Under the pieces are notes generated by a model, which was not told the DNA's origin, searched no databases, and worked only from the letters and a program-made list of their open reading frames with translations. Below, one piece after another: positions 37,163 through 49,887 of a stretch of DNA of 64,000 bases. Location: contig CM068743.1 of assembly GCA_035084275.1 (NCBI GenBank), forward strand, positions 51,398,001 to 51,462,000, in the 5' to 3' direction. The stretch is from Hydrolagus colliei (taxonomy: Eukaryota). Positions within the stretch are counted from its first letter, which is position 1. Every line of letters starts with the position of its first letter. The position numbers and the translations under genes are program-made.

Positions 37163-38176
37163 ACTACCTAACCACAATCGTGGACAGTTGAAGAAATCCT
37201 GTGCTATAGCACGCGTAATACTACCTATATGTTTCCGTAACCTCTTTCGTATTTATAATTTCAAATTGAATATAAGATTATTCTCTCCAGTACTGGACGC
37301 ATAGACGTGTTGAGTAAAAGAAATAGGAATTGGGTTTAGAATCATAATGTCTTTAATATATTAACAATTATATATATAATTGTTATATATTAATATAACT
37401 CGGAAATAGATTCGGAATCTGCGAATTAGTGAAATTAATTGGAGTTCGATTCGGAATGGGAATTAGACTCTGTGAGTGAAGCGGTAAGCATAAATGGCAT
37501 TAAATTGAGACGTGGTGTAGGGCAGAAGTAAACAATTTGAACTGAAATTCAGAATCCGCATTGGCAGCAATGAAATAGACGGTGAAGTACGCAGACATGG
37601 CGTGGGAGCCTTCAAGATGAAAAGGATAAAATTGTGGCCTATTGATAAAATTATTACGATTGGATTTAGAATCTGTATCTGCGTTAATCAAAGAAGAACG
37701 AATAACAGTAGCAAGCACAGAAAACAATTTTAACCACTATTCTAGTCTATCTAATACTAAACACTCCATGCTACTATATAATCTCTTGCACTGAACTATT
37801 CCTGAGAGTTATTCTCTCTACTTTAAAAAAAACTTGCAAATATACATTTTTACAAAAATATTCTGTTGATCACTTTGATTCACACGAGTACCAGTGCTAT
37901 GATGATAATCATTCATTTTAATTAAACTGGAAATTAAGCGTTGAAACCACAAAAACAACAATTTCCACAATTAATGGAAAGCTGCAATGCTATTTTTCTT
38001 CTCAATTTCTTTGTTTACTCAAACACAATTTTAGCAGGTTGTTCTCTCGATGTATCCGTTTACTCAGCAAATCACGGATCAATTAGCAAATAAAAGGTTG
38101 ATTCGCATAGCAATGAAATGTAACTACCTAAACCACAGTAGTGGATTACTTGCACATCAATATGAAAAACTACCTA
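37163..38176 (+). promoter_or_regulatory. Four miR-196 8mer sites in the hoxa7 3'UTR
   Basis: ACTACCTA at 37163-37170, 37220-37227, 38123-38130 and 38169-38176; Hoxa7 is an established miR-196 target. Confidence 0.75.
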
Positions 38177-39197
38177 AATGTTTTAACAATCACGTCTTCT
38201 AGATAATATTCGTTTCTCGACAAATTGTTCTTACAGAGGTCCTGTTTTTTCCACATTCGTGGAATATAATCTGGCAGTTTTAAAAATGTGAATTATTCTT
38301 CGATGTAATTTTTTGTAATAAAGTGCACACTTTAAAACTTCGAAATAACCAGAACTACCCAGATCTCGGTTTGGCATTTGACGTGGAAAGAATGCTTTAG
38401 TACTGTGTTAAAGACCTTTCTGTATAAATAAGCAGACATGTCACATTAGTGGATGGGAATTGCAACAAGACATAAAAATATACTTTTGTGTTATCAAACA
38501 TGTACATTTCCTAAACATTAAAAAAAAACAGTATTGCTATAGGATGTATCCGTGTTAACTGTGTCGTGTTGGTTGTCTCCTACATATGTACTGTACAAAT
38601 GAAAATAAAGAAATGAAAAATCGAATCCCCAAATGTAATAGAAACCCGATTTTCACTGTTGATTGAATATGCTGTGGCTCTGTTTGAATACAGTATTCCG
38701 TGTGGTATTTATGTCAATCGAAAGTTTGCTTTGTAATCTGTGTACGTGTTGTTAAATAATACCTGATATTAAAAAGGTTCAAGGTGCAATCTATTTAAAA
38801 AAATGTTCGTTCCAGTCATGTATGCTTTAAATGAAATCTCTGTAGGAAAACAAAATATGAAAAACATTAAACGATTCTCGAATGCAATGCTTTCTTACTT
38901 CCTTGGGTGTCGAAAATAGTTGACACTAAATAAATATGCATATGGTGCATATACGTTTCTTTACAAATGTATGAATTAATTAGTTAAGAATTAATTATTG
39001 TATAGGATTCTTATAACAGTATTTAAAAGGAAATCACTATACACATAGTCGTTCAATCTCTGCACGTTGTAATTTTTTTTCTAATTAAACATTTATAACT
39101 TTATGTAGACCTGCACATACGAATCAAATAGTGACTCCACTCATTTATACCACACATATGGAAATGGTAGGTAATACATTCTTGCTACAATACTTAT

Positions 39198-39500
39198 TGA
39201 AACATATTAATAGGAGAGAATACTCTTTCGAAATTTAGGCAATTATAGAGTGAAACGGGTTTATTAAATAATTTGGATTTAGTTTCAAATCATGTTCATA
39301 TTTGTACTTCCAATAAAGAGTTAAATTAGCTGAGAAAAGCCCAGATGATTTTTTTCAGTTTTTGAAACATTAAAAGGAATCGTACACTTTCGAAATTCAG
39401 GTAATCAAAGAGTGAAAGGTTCTTATTTAATAATCTGGATTTAGTTTCGAAGCATGTCCATATTTGCACGTCAAAATAGTCTTAGATTATAGAGAAGCCG
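39198..39500. repeat. Diverged tandem duplication, period about 162 bp
   Basis: CTTTCGAAATTTAGGCAATTATAGAGTGAAA...GGATTTAGTTTCAAATCATGTTCATATTTG (from 39225) versus CTTTCGAAATTCAGGTAATCAAAGAGTGAAA...GGATTTAGTTTCGAAGCATGTCCATATTTG (from 39387). Confidence 0.85.
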
Positions 39501-39922
39501 AGTCAATGTTGTATTCTTGTATTGCAGTTTAATCGTATTCAATTTTTAAAAAAGAGCCGAGTTGCGGCTCTCAAATCGAAACTGAACGAATTTTAGACGA
39601 GCCCGGCGATGTACATACTGCGGCACTTCTCCACTTGCAGTTTTCCTGATATAAAATTAACCCGGTTACGTTGCATCTGCAGAATATTAAAAAGGAGAGG
39701 AAACAGTACATATCGATATATAAGATACGTGATTTTACGTAAACCCGATTAATGTATTAAAACAGCAGTTAGAATAGAGGAAACGTGTAGTAATCGTTTA
39801 AAAAGAACATTTCCCCTCAACTTAATATTAATATAAAGTATATGGTTTTAAAATGGATTATTATATTCACAACCGTGAAAAATTCTTTAATAATTTTACA
39901 ATATAAACTTGTTTCTTTGTTA

Positions 39923-40115
39923 AAAATGGCGTCTAAGACCTGCCTCCTAATAGTCATGGGGAAATGTCATAAATCCGTTGTTGTTTTATGAAAATTTACA
40001 ACTTTGCAATAGAACTTTACGAGTTGTTCGGTTTTTCCATTGGCCGCTGACGGTCATGTGGATTGCAGCCGTGAACATGAACTTTTTATAATTTCCCTTG
40101 CGAGTATAGAGCAGC
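39923..40115 (+). promoter_or_regulatory. Conserved Hox7-Hox6 intergenic element (H8/7-6 four-cluster-sequence type) / distal promoter
   Basis: YY1 motif AAAATGGCG (39923-39931), GTCATAAA...TTTTATGA, TTTACGAG, CCATTGG, GGTCATGTGG and GTGAACATGAACTTTTTATAA; recognised from memory as the block shared by paralogous clusters. Confidence 0.7.
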
Positions 40116-43100
40116 ATTCTTGTGCTTCGCGGGTCTAGGCTCGGATGTAGGAGCTTTGCAGCCTTTTTCAACGCATGATTTTTTTTTTCTTTTGCGTTTT
40201 CTCTCTCTCTCTCTCTCTGTCTCGAGTACAGTGATTATCGCTCATGGAGCTTCAATGCAGCAAGCCCCTAAGCACGCACCTCATGGTTAGTAGCTACGAA
40301 TTCCTCCACGGAAGGTGGGACGCTGGATTTAAAAAGCCCCGGCTCAGATCTGCAGGGCAGTTTCCTGCTCCTCGTCACCCAACGCCGCCGGCAGAATGGG
40401 GGAGCCATTGGTCTGGGATGGAGCTGAACAGACAGCTGTCAAAATGCCATGGGCTTTGCAAACAATGACAGGGGCTTCTGCAAACACTGCGGGCATTGCA
40501 AATAAACTCGACCACCAGACCAAGCCATGGACTGAGCAGTCAGCTGCAGGGTAAGGGCCTATTCGACATTCTCAGCAGTGTATATTCTACTACAGTGCTC
40601 TTTTAACTGGAATATTCCACCTTGTGTGCTTAAAGAACCTTTAATATGTCAAAGTTGAAAAACTGATGTGGCAACCGGATTAAAGATTTCCACAGTGTAT
40701 TACTTAATTACTTAAGTTTTTATATATATAAAAATACTTCCTCTTGAACCTTTTTTTTTACTTAGTTGATGTGTTTTTCTCTTTTTTTTAAAAAAAGTGT
40801 AAATTGTATCATTGGAAGTTGTACGCTCGCTTTGCTTTGATCACCAAACCGCTAGTTGGTTCCGAATATTTTGGCCAAGGAACGCATTTTACAGAAGTAG
40901 ATCGCAGCCTTAATGATGTTTTCAGAAACTGCCAGCAGGATCATAGAGGTGTATGTAGCTTATTGTAGCCAATTAATTTGCATGGAATTCTCTATATTTT
41001 CAAAGAACAGAACATGAACTCATGTTAATTTTGTGTAAATTGGTGTTTAGATTGATCGCGCTACAAGTCTTTTGGTGAATATTTTTTTTCCTATCCTATC
41101 GTTTTTAAACGCCATGATTTTCGTTTAAGATGCTATGCAGTTTTTAATGTCGCTTTTGAATATTTGTATCACATGAATAGATTGTACGTTGTCATCCAAC
41201 ATTGCAGGTTAGGTGATATTTCGGATATACGTTATATGGATTGATAACACTATTCGCTTAATCTGCGACTTTATTTTCACTGATATTTATCAAGAATGAA
41301 AAATGATTATGAACGCAACCTTTGGATGTGTATATGGAAATGCATCTGTTGTTATTTCTGACTTATACGAAGGGAAAATTCGCCCTTCTGGTATTCAGCC
41401 TGAGTCTGACTTGAGCGTGTGTTGATATTTATTACCTATCCTTTCGGAATCTATGCTGCCACCGTGTGTTTGGAGTGAGGACAACCGCAGGTTGGTGCAG
41501 CATCGAGCAGTCATGTGTTGCTGATTAAGTGGTTGAGTTGCATTTACAAATTAACGGTTGTTAAACGTTGTATCCTTGTTTTGGGGTCGGAAGAAGTAAA
41601 TTGTACTTGGCTCGCAGAGCATCCGAGGATATTGAACATTGAGCAAGTGGTATTTGTGTCTTGTTTAAAGATACAATGGTAGGAAATTGATTATTTAAAA
41701 TGTAAAAATCACGGAATGTATGAAATGAACTTTGAACTGTGATTAGATCTCCCCCCTCCCCCCACCCCCCACACACACCTTCCAATCGACACGCATATAT
41801 TTGCTTGATTGTTTTGAGAATATGGGTAATCTATAGGCGAAATATCAGTAACCTACTAGCTGTTGGGATGCTTGGAACACTCTCGACATTGGTTATTCTG
41901 CCCGCTTTCACGTTTTGCAAATAGTTGATATACAACATACACAGCTCCTTAGCCGATAAGTTCTGACTGGTTGTATGGTTCAAAATGTGTGCCCTCGAAG
42001 GTCAGTCCGCAAATTACCATTAAACAAAAGTATTTACATAATATGAGGGTTATTTAACTTATAATTGTTGAATTATAACAAAACACCCTCTAAGAGATAA
42101 AATAATACTTTCCTACGAAATAGACCTTTACTCGAGAAAGGTAAAGAGAACATGAATTTGAGTTTAAATTAGGTTTGGAAGGCAAGACTTTGGTTGAATG
42201 TACAACAAACAACAGCGGTGTACATTAAAAAGGTGTACAATGGCCATTTTGTGACGATAAAATATTGCATTTTTTATAAAGCCTTTTTAAAATAAAAGCC
42301 CACTTAAAAATACAAGTAGACCGTAGCAATATTCCAATGAGATAGGATGTTTCCAAAAGACGATAGAGTTCTTTTAAAATAATTTCATTGCACGATTTGT
42401 ACAATTCCTTAAAATAAAACAAAAGGTTTTTAACTATAGAGGTGGGAAACAGCATAAAAATAAAATTCCAGGCCAGTTTCCATTATGAGTCAATGGCTGG
42501 TATTTCGCGATTCTTCCGAAGTCATTTAAAGGAAAGGATTTTAAAAGAAGGATTAAATACGTAGATTGAATGTATATCGAGTTTCTTTTACCCCAAGTAT
42601 AATCGTTTGGAATGGCAAAGCGAATTTCGCGTTAAACTCTGGAACAAATAGAACATAGGCCTCAATTATTCCTAATAAGCGGGGACAAAAAGTTACTTCT
42701 AACTAAATTGTTGACTGATTAAGTTGCATCAGCTTTTATGACCTCTTGAACAAATAACAATTCCTCAAAAAATATACTCGTAACGTACTGGTAGCTACTC
42801 AACATCTGGGCATATTTTGTTTGCAATATATAGACTTTATCCTCTTGGAGAAAAAAATCGCTGATATTCTTTTAATGCAATATTCATTTTTAATTTCTCA
42901 CTGCCAGGATCCATACATTTTCTATACTTTATAATTTTATCAGTGTTGTTATGTTCCAGCCAATTAAACCGGCAACGGAAAGAACAAATCGCACTGAGGA
43001 TATTTTAACCATTAGGCTCCCAACTTTGTAAAACCGTCCTCAGCTACTTTGGAAGAAAAATATTTATATAGTTGCTTTGGTTGCTAACCAAATTGAACTA

Positions 43101-45567
43101 TAAATGCAATAATTAGATAATGGGCAAGAAATGAAACAATGGAATGTATTTCTCAAATTATGTATATTTTCCAACCAAAAGGTGATTATAACCACATTTT
43201 TAATTCAATATTATTCGGTTGACTATCAAATTGACATATACTCTATGGAAATACAGTCCTATTTTATATTGTTTTTTGTCCGATTGCTCGAATAAAACGT
43301 GATCACGTCGCATTTTATTAGCTGTTTCACCTCATTGGGAAAAAACAATAGCCATGCATTTCTCAATGCCCTTTTGTTGTGTATCGTTCAATATTTCCTT
43401 TCCTCGGGTGCATTTTGTCATTTGCACTATAATTATTCCGAAAAGGTTTACAAGTGTGCAAGAATTGTGGGGCAATTGCCCAAATCATGCCCCCCACTTT
43501 TATTTAAAGGTTTGACGAATGAACGTAAATTAAAAACCATTCAAAAAACAAATCATAAACAGAATAGATCAAGCGTTGATGAGAAAACTTAGAATTTATT
43601 AAACTGGTATGTACAATTAGCAAGAAAAAGGTACAATACAATATGTTACACAACACAACAAGAGGCTTTTAGGACAGCAACCGAGGAAAGCGGCAAGCGT
43701 CGGCCTTTCTTTAAGAGCTTTCGAACTCGCGTATTCTTGCACATTTCCCTCCACACTTGTGCTGCATTATACTCACTTCTTGAACAGAAACAGCTTTTGA
43801 TGTTGGCCAGCTTCAATTTGGCGATCAGTTTCGGCCTACAATTAAGAAGGAAAGACAAATATAAGACTTCAGGGTCGGATATTAACCCGCTCATGACATT
43901 TAACCATTTGTGACCAATAAAGTATTTTGACCTGAAACAAGCCATATTTCCGACAGTCAACATGCAAAAAAAACAGTCGACTAACCAAGAAACAAACGCG
44001 TGCACTAAATGACCTTTTCTAATAATAATTGGGTCAGACTTGTTTGTTTGGAGGTGCTGTAACAATACTTGCAACAAAGCTTTAAATATTTGTCCTATTT
44101 AAATCAGACAATATATACGTTAGGTGTATACAGTACATATTATGCACGATGTCTTAGCAATGTCAATACGTGATGTAACCAATGTTGACAGGGAAGGAAA
44201 GCTGACGAGATCATGGGATCCTTAGCAAGGAGCCCTTGACTTCCGTCCTTTCCCTGCTTGTGAAGCCGCGCACTGAGTACAGCAAATGCTCTGTTATTTC
44301 AAACACAAATGCCTCCATCGAGATGTTCAAAAATGCCTAATTATTCCAAAAGAAACATTCCACTATTTTATGGTCGATAAAGCCTTAACAGGGTGTAATT
44401 ATGGAAAATCGAAGTTGGGATTTGGGGAGTATTAGCGAATTTCAACCGTATGCAATTAAAACAACATTGTGATGGAAGAGAGGCCAACATACAGGCTTAT
44501 CAAGTATGAAATGGAGCCTGTGTGGATCTGCAGCTCGCTTTGACGTCTCAACAAACCCCGTGAACATTGGTTAAATAGTTTTCTCCAGAAGTACTGTAGC
44601 GTTTGTATGCTAAATGCATGCGTGTGTATATGCATGGTTTAATGAAGAGCGCTGGTGCAATAACAATTGCTCCCCACAAACTACAGAAAAATTATTTTAA
44701 AGCTGAGATATCGCTTTGTGTTCGTCTCTTAGGCTGTATTTTATGAGAATCAAAATTAAATCTATAAATCATCTTCTTTAATAATACACTTACCACTACG
44801 ATTTTTCTGTTTGTTTTCCCACTATGAATTTATTGACATAAACCAGTTCATGGAATCAAGAAAAATTTGATGTTTCTCAGTCCCAGCAATTGGAGAGGCT
44901 ATTGTTCTCCAGCGCGTTTAAAAGAGGCTAGAAACACATATTATGGAGAGACTGTTGTCTGGTGTTTCTGAACTAGTCTAAGAAAGGTAACGAAAGGAAT
45001 TTTGATGTCTCGAAAAGATCCAATCAAGGGCTAAATTAATAAGATGAATTAATCCTCACAACTGTTATTACCTTGTTCTGTTCTATCTTTCGCACTTACC
45101 TATAAGCACATCCACTGAATTAATCATTTATCGATTTATATCCTATTATCCCCCATTTTGGATCATCTATCGTCTAATCACTGTTTATCAAGCTATTGTT
45201 GCATAGTTTATGCATATGTGACTCCCACGCGCAAAACTGTATGAAATATATACAATTACACATCACAATATCTTGTAATGCAATAATATTCTTATTCGTG
45301 CAATAATATTTTATTAGAACCACCCCTGTTTTAGTTCAGAACTGATTTGGTTGTTTGTAACTTTGCTGGTTCAGTCGTCGGTTCTCTGGGGAGCTTTTTG
45401 AACCAAAGTCGGTTTCTATTGGCCAGAGGCTGATCAGCTGGTTATATTTGCTGCTGTCGCTTTGGCGCTCGGCCACCCTGAAACAAACCACCTCGATGAC
45501 TACTAATAGCTAAACCACATTGTGTACTAATACATAACAAATCATATTACTACAGAGTGTGGAGCAA

Positions 45568-45997
45568 ATGAGTTCGTATTTTGTAAACCCTACTTTTCCT
45601 GTTTCACTGCCTAGTGGTCAGGACTCCTTTCTCGGGCAGATCCCACTCTATACAGCTGGGTATGATGCTCTGAGACACTTTCCAGCTTCCTATGGGGCAA
45701 CGACCCTCCAGGACAAGAGTTACTCGTCACCTTGTTATTATCAACAATCCAACTCAGTAATAGCTTGCAATCGTGCATCGTACGAGTATGGAGCTTCTTG
45801 TTTCTATCCCGAGAAGGATATAGCCAGTATATCGCCATCCAGTAGTGGAAAGCATAGAGCCCAAGATGACTTCTTTTCCTCAGATCAACATTACAAATCA
45901 GATTGTGCGCAAAACAAAATTTTAAGTGAGGAAGCAAACGACCGGAAGTACAGTACACCAATTTATCCTTGGATGCAACGAATGAATTCAAGTTCTA
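45568..45997 (+). CDS. hoxa6: Homeobox protein HoxA6, exon 1
   Basis: [43 protein letters not shown]...[14 protein letters not shown]; donor A|GTGAGT at 45997/45998. Confidence 0.96.
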
Positions 45998-46177
45998 GTG
46001 AGTATTTTCCTTTTTCGCAGAAAATAATAATAAAAAGTTTAGCTTCAAATGTTGTGCTTAATTTCAACGTTAAGTGGAATGCATACGCATGCAAATATGT
46101 TAAATGTTACGTTTAGCGTTGTATAATTGTTTTTGAAACAGCAAACTTGGAAAATGTACCAAATTTGCCAATAATAA

Positions 46178-46480
<303 letters not shown>

Positions 46481-48219
46481 CGTGCACATTCAAAATAACT
46501 TAGTCTGGGCCTTTCTGTTAGATAGTGGTTTGTGTACTCAATCTGCTAAACAGAGTAGAAAAAAATCCTATTAGTTTCCGTTACTATTCTCCATGAGCTT
46601 GTGTCTGTGTATAAGTGGTAGAAGTATTTAAATAATTCCGCATTCCATAGGATACTATAATTATTCGACATAGGATTAATTGTTTTATAAATGTGAAATG
46701 TGAGTGTTTCTGCTTCTCTAGTGGTTATTCTGTGATGACTTGCTTTCCAAATAGTACTCCCAATTGTTTCAATCGATATTTTTCTTCGTGGATATAATTT
46801 GACAGTTTTCAAATAAATGAACGCAATAGGTATGTCCTTTTGATACAGTTAAATACAGTGCTGCATTTTCCCTTATTTTATCTGATTATAATTTATTATT
46901 GTCTTTGACAAATATAAAAGGGCATAGTGTTCAATCAGCATTTTATGCTCGCTCTGATCAGCAAAATATCTATATTTACTTTTATTTGGCTCCATATTCG
47001 TAGGATAAATAATGCCAGTGTGCCAACAGTGTCGCCTCTAAATTGAAATTTCACAAAATCGTAACCCGATTTCAAAGTGCTTATTTTTAAGGTAAAGCTT
47101 TCACAAAACTTTATTTGGCACGGGAGGCCTTGCGAAATTGATCGGTAGATGTCCTTATTTCAAAGGGGGAAAAAATAGAGAATATACGTGGTAAGAATGA
47201 CTATTCGGTTACTGGAAGCCATTAAATAGGATGATTTTCATTAAATCCGTAACTAAGGACGTAGCGGGAACCGCTATTAAATTTATGAAGCATTTATTCT
47301 TAATATTCATCACAGCAAATGTGTTCTGAACTTGGAAACGGTATCGGGCACAAAGCTCTCATTTTTATTAGGTGAATGACTTGTGTATTTCTAAAGTGGG
47401 TCTTTATAGTTAGATACAGCAATCTCCCATCTAATCTAACCCAACAGAAAGTGAGGCGTAAATAAATTGTTTCCCGGAAACCGAGGTACGAAGGAAAATT
47501 TATTTACCGGTGGAAACGGGGTTCTGGTTTAGGCTGCACTGTAATAAAGTAGATTGGAACGATTTAAGCGCATTTTCCAATATACGTGACATGATTTTTA
47601 AGAGCGGGAAGATTGGTTTGATAGTTCAAGTGTCTGTTTTCGAAATTTCAAGAAACACGTACAAAAACATTAACATCGCGGAATTGTGTGAACAAGATAC
47701 ATAGTAGGGAAAACAGCGGTACAAGGGGGGGGGGAAATCGGCATTTTTGATCTGGTATAATTTCGCATTTTTCTCGAAATAATCAGCTATTGGTAGTTAA
47801 CGCGTTCGAAAAAAAACATCAGATAACTAATCAAAATTATATCCGATAGAGATTTTATTTGAAAAAAACACCCACTTTACAAGAAAACCTGAATTATTTT
47901 TGCAACACAATCCGCGATTGTACATAGAAAGAAATGATGTAGGCTGAGGAAAGGGGTGGTGGGGGGGAGTGGGGGGGGGGGGGGGGGGGGGGGGGGTGAG
48001 GAGAGGCTGAACACCGCAAAAGGATGGTCAGAAAAGCATCTGGTTTGGAAAGAAAGAAAAAAAAAGGACCTGTTTTTTTTCCTCCCACTGTTTTTAATGG
48101 TGAATGTGATTTATTTTACGAAAATGTAACGGTTACTTTTGAAATGTGCGGTAGCCTTAATCCGACCCGAGGCCGATTGCCCCGTTCATCATAACCAAAG
48201 GAAACTTAGCCCCCTGTCT

Positions 48220-48233
48220 CCAGAGGGTGGCGC
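48220..48233 (+). promoter_or_regulatory. CTCF-like motif (candidate A5|A6 site)
   Basis: CCAGAGGGTGGCGC with a second GCCGGTGGCGC about 40 bp downstream, in a GC-rich patch upstream of hoxa5 where a mammalian CTCF site is known. Confidence 0.45.
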
Positions 48234-48344
48234 GCAAGGACAACCCATAGCTGCGCCTGGGAGCCGGTGGCGCGCCCAATGCTCGTGCCCCCGATGGTGA
48301 ATTCCCCGCTACCTTCCTGTTTGAAGCCACAGTGCCCGAGTTTA

Positions 48345-48525
48345 CCTCTAGAGGTCATCAGCGAGAATTTACGACTGGACAACAAAAGCACGTGATTCCA
48401 AGTCGTACCCCATATTTGGGCGCCTACGTAGGAGGGAACGAAGTACATGTCCCAGTCATTTCCATAATTCATCATAAATTGTGCAGGGTGCTAGACGCAC
48501 AAACGACCAAGAGCCACAAATCAAG
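48345..48525 (+). promoter_or_regulatory. hoxa5 highly conserved promoter / 5' leader
   Basis: GAGGTCATCAG..ATTTACGACTGGACAACAAAAGCACGTGATTC..AGTCGTACCCCATATTTGGG..CCTACGTAGGAGGGAAC..AGTACATGTCCCAGTCATTTCCATAATTCATCATAAATTGTGCA, recognised from memory as near-invariant upstream of vertebrate Hox5 genes. Confidence 0.85.
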
Positions 48526-48553
48526 TAAAAAATAAATAAATAAAAAAAATCAA

Positions 48554-49154
48554 ATGAGCTCTTACTTTGTAAACTCATTCTGCGGTCGCTATCCAAATGG
48601 CCCGGACTATCAGTTACATAATTATGGAGATCATAGCTCGGTGAACGAGCAATACAGGGATTCTGCAACGATGCATTCCAGCAGGTACGGCTACGGCTAC
48701 AATGGGATGGATCTCAGCATTACTCGTTCAGCATCTAACCATTTTAATGCCAATGAAAGATCTCGAAGCTACTCTGCAGCAGCAGCAGCAGCAACGACAG
48801 CAGCAGCAACAGCAGCAGGGACAGCAGCAGCAGATACCAGGTACAGCCAACCTGCCACATCCACTCAGTCTCCTTCACCTGACCCTCTGCCCTGCTCCGC
48901 AGTGGTCACTCCGCCTGCCAGCGACAACAACCACGGAATCAAAAACTCCATCGCAAGCCCAACTACCTCCTCAAATTCCAGCAGCAGCAGCAGCAGCAGC
49001 AGTCACATCAGCAGAGATGGGGTTGGCACGTCGCCTGGTACTGAGGATGACACCCCGGCAAGCAGCGACCCGCCAAGTTCACAGAACGGGCAAAACACAG
49101 CACAACAGCAGCCCCAGATTTACCCCTGGATGCGAAAACTGCACATAAGTCATG
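48554..49154 (+). CDS. hoxa5: Homeobox protein HoxA5, exon 1
   Basis: [55 protein letters not shown]...[15 protein letters not shown]; donor G|GTAAAA at 49154/49155. Confidence 0.97.
48776..48832 (+). repeat. Coding (GCA)n-derived alanine-rich tract in hoxa5
   Basis: 19 codons AAAAAATTAAATAAGTAAA built almost entirely from GCA/ACA; a separate (AGC)7 poly-Ser tract lies at 48980-49000. Confidence 0.9.
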
Positions 49155-49590
49155 GTAAAATCCCTCCTCTCTTTTATCTTTGCATTAGTGGGATCCTAAA
49201 TGATCCTAAATTATCACGGATGTTATAAATCAGGCGCTAAATGTGCAACCCCTAATGCTCCTTAATATCTCTGCAAGGGTCATGTTTTTAAGTTGCTATT
49301 GTATTTGAAGTCGTTGGGTGATGGAATATTAATTAATACGTTGGCTAGTTGAGCATCTGTAGTGTGAGGTTAAATAGGAACCGATTTTTTTTAAAAAAAA
49401 CATGTAATTGATTGAAAAAAAACACCTTTGACCAAGTGAACACTCAACATTTAGTTCCAGTTAAGTTTCTAAGACAGTTATTTTTAGATACAAGGGAGAG
49501 CGCAAAGCCAGGCGAGACATGTGAGTGATAGATTTCGGTCTGGTGCTTTCAGTTGGGCTTTATGAATTTTTACACCACATAATTTACTGA

Positions 49591-49887
<297 letters not shown>

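Noticed and set aside
37326-37690. GGAATC/GGATTC-like short repeats in the hoxa7 3'UTR as a possible MITE
   Set aside because: No convincing terminal inverted repeats or target-site duplication could be identified by eye.
43646-44077. 143-aa minus-strand ORF between hoxa7 and hoxa6
   Set aside because: No recognisable motif or splice structure; compatible with a chance ORF.
48702-49148. 148-aa poly-Q ORF overlapping hoxa5 exon 1
   Set aside because: Shifted-frame shadow of the GCA/AGC repeats in HoxA5; no independent coding evidence.
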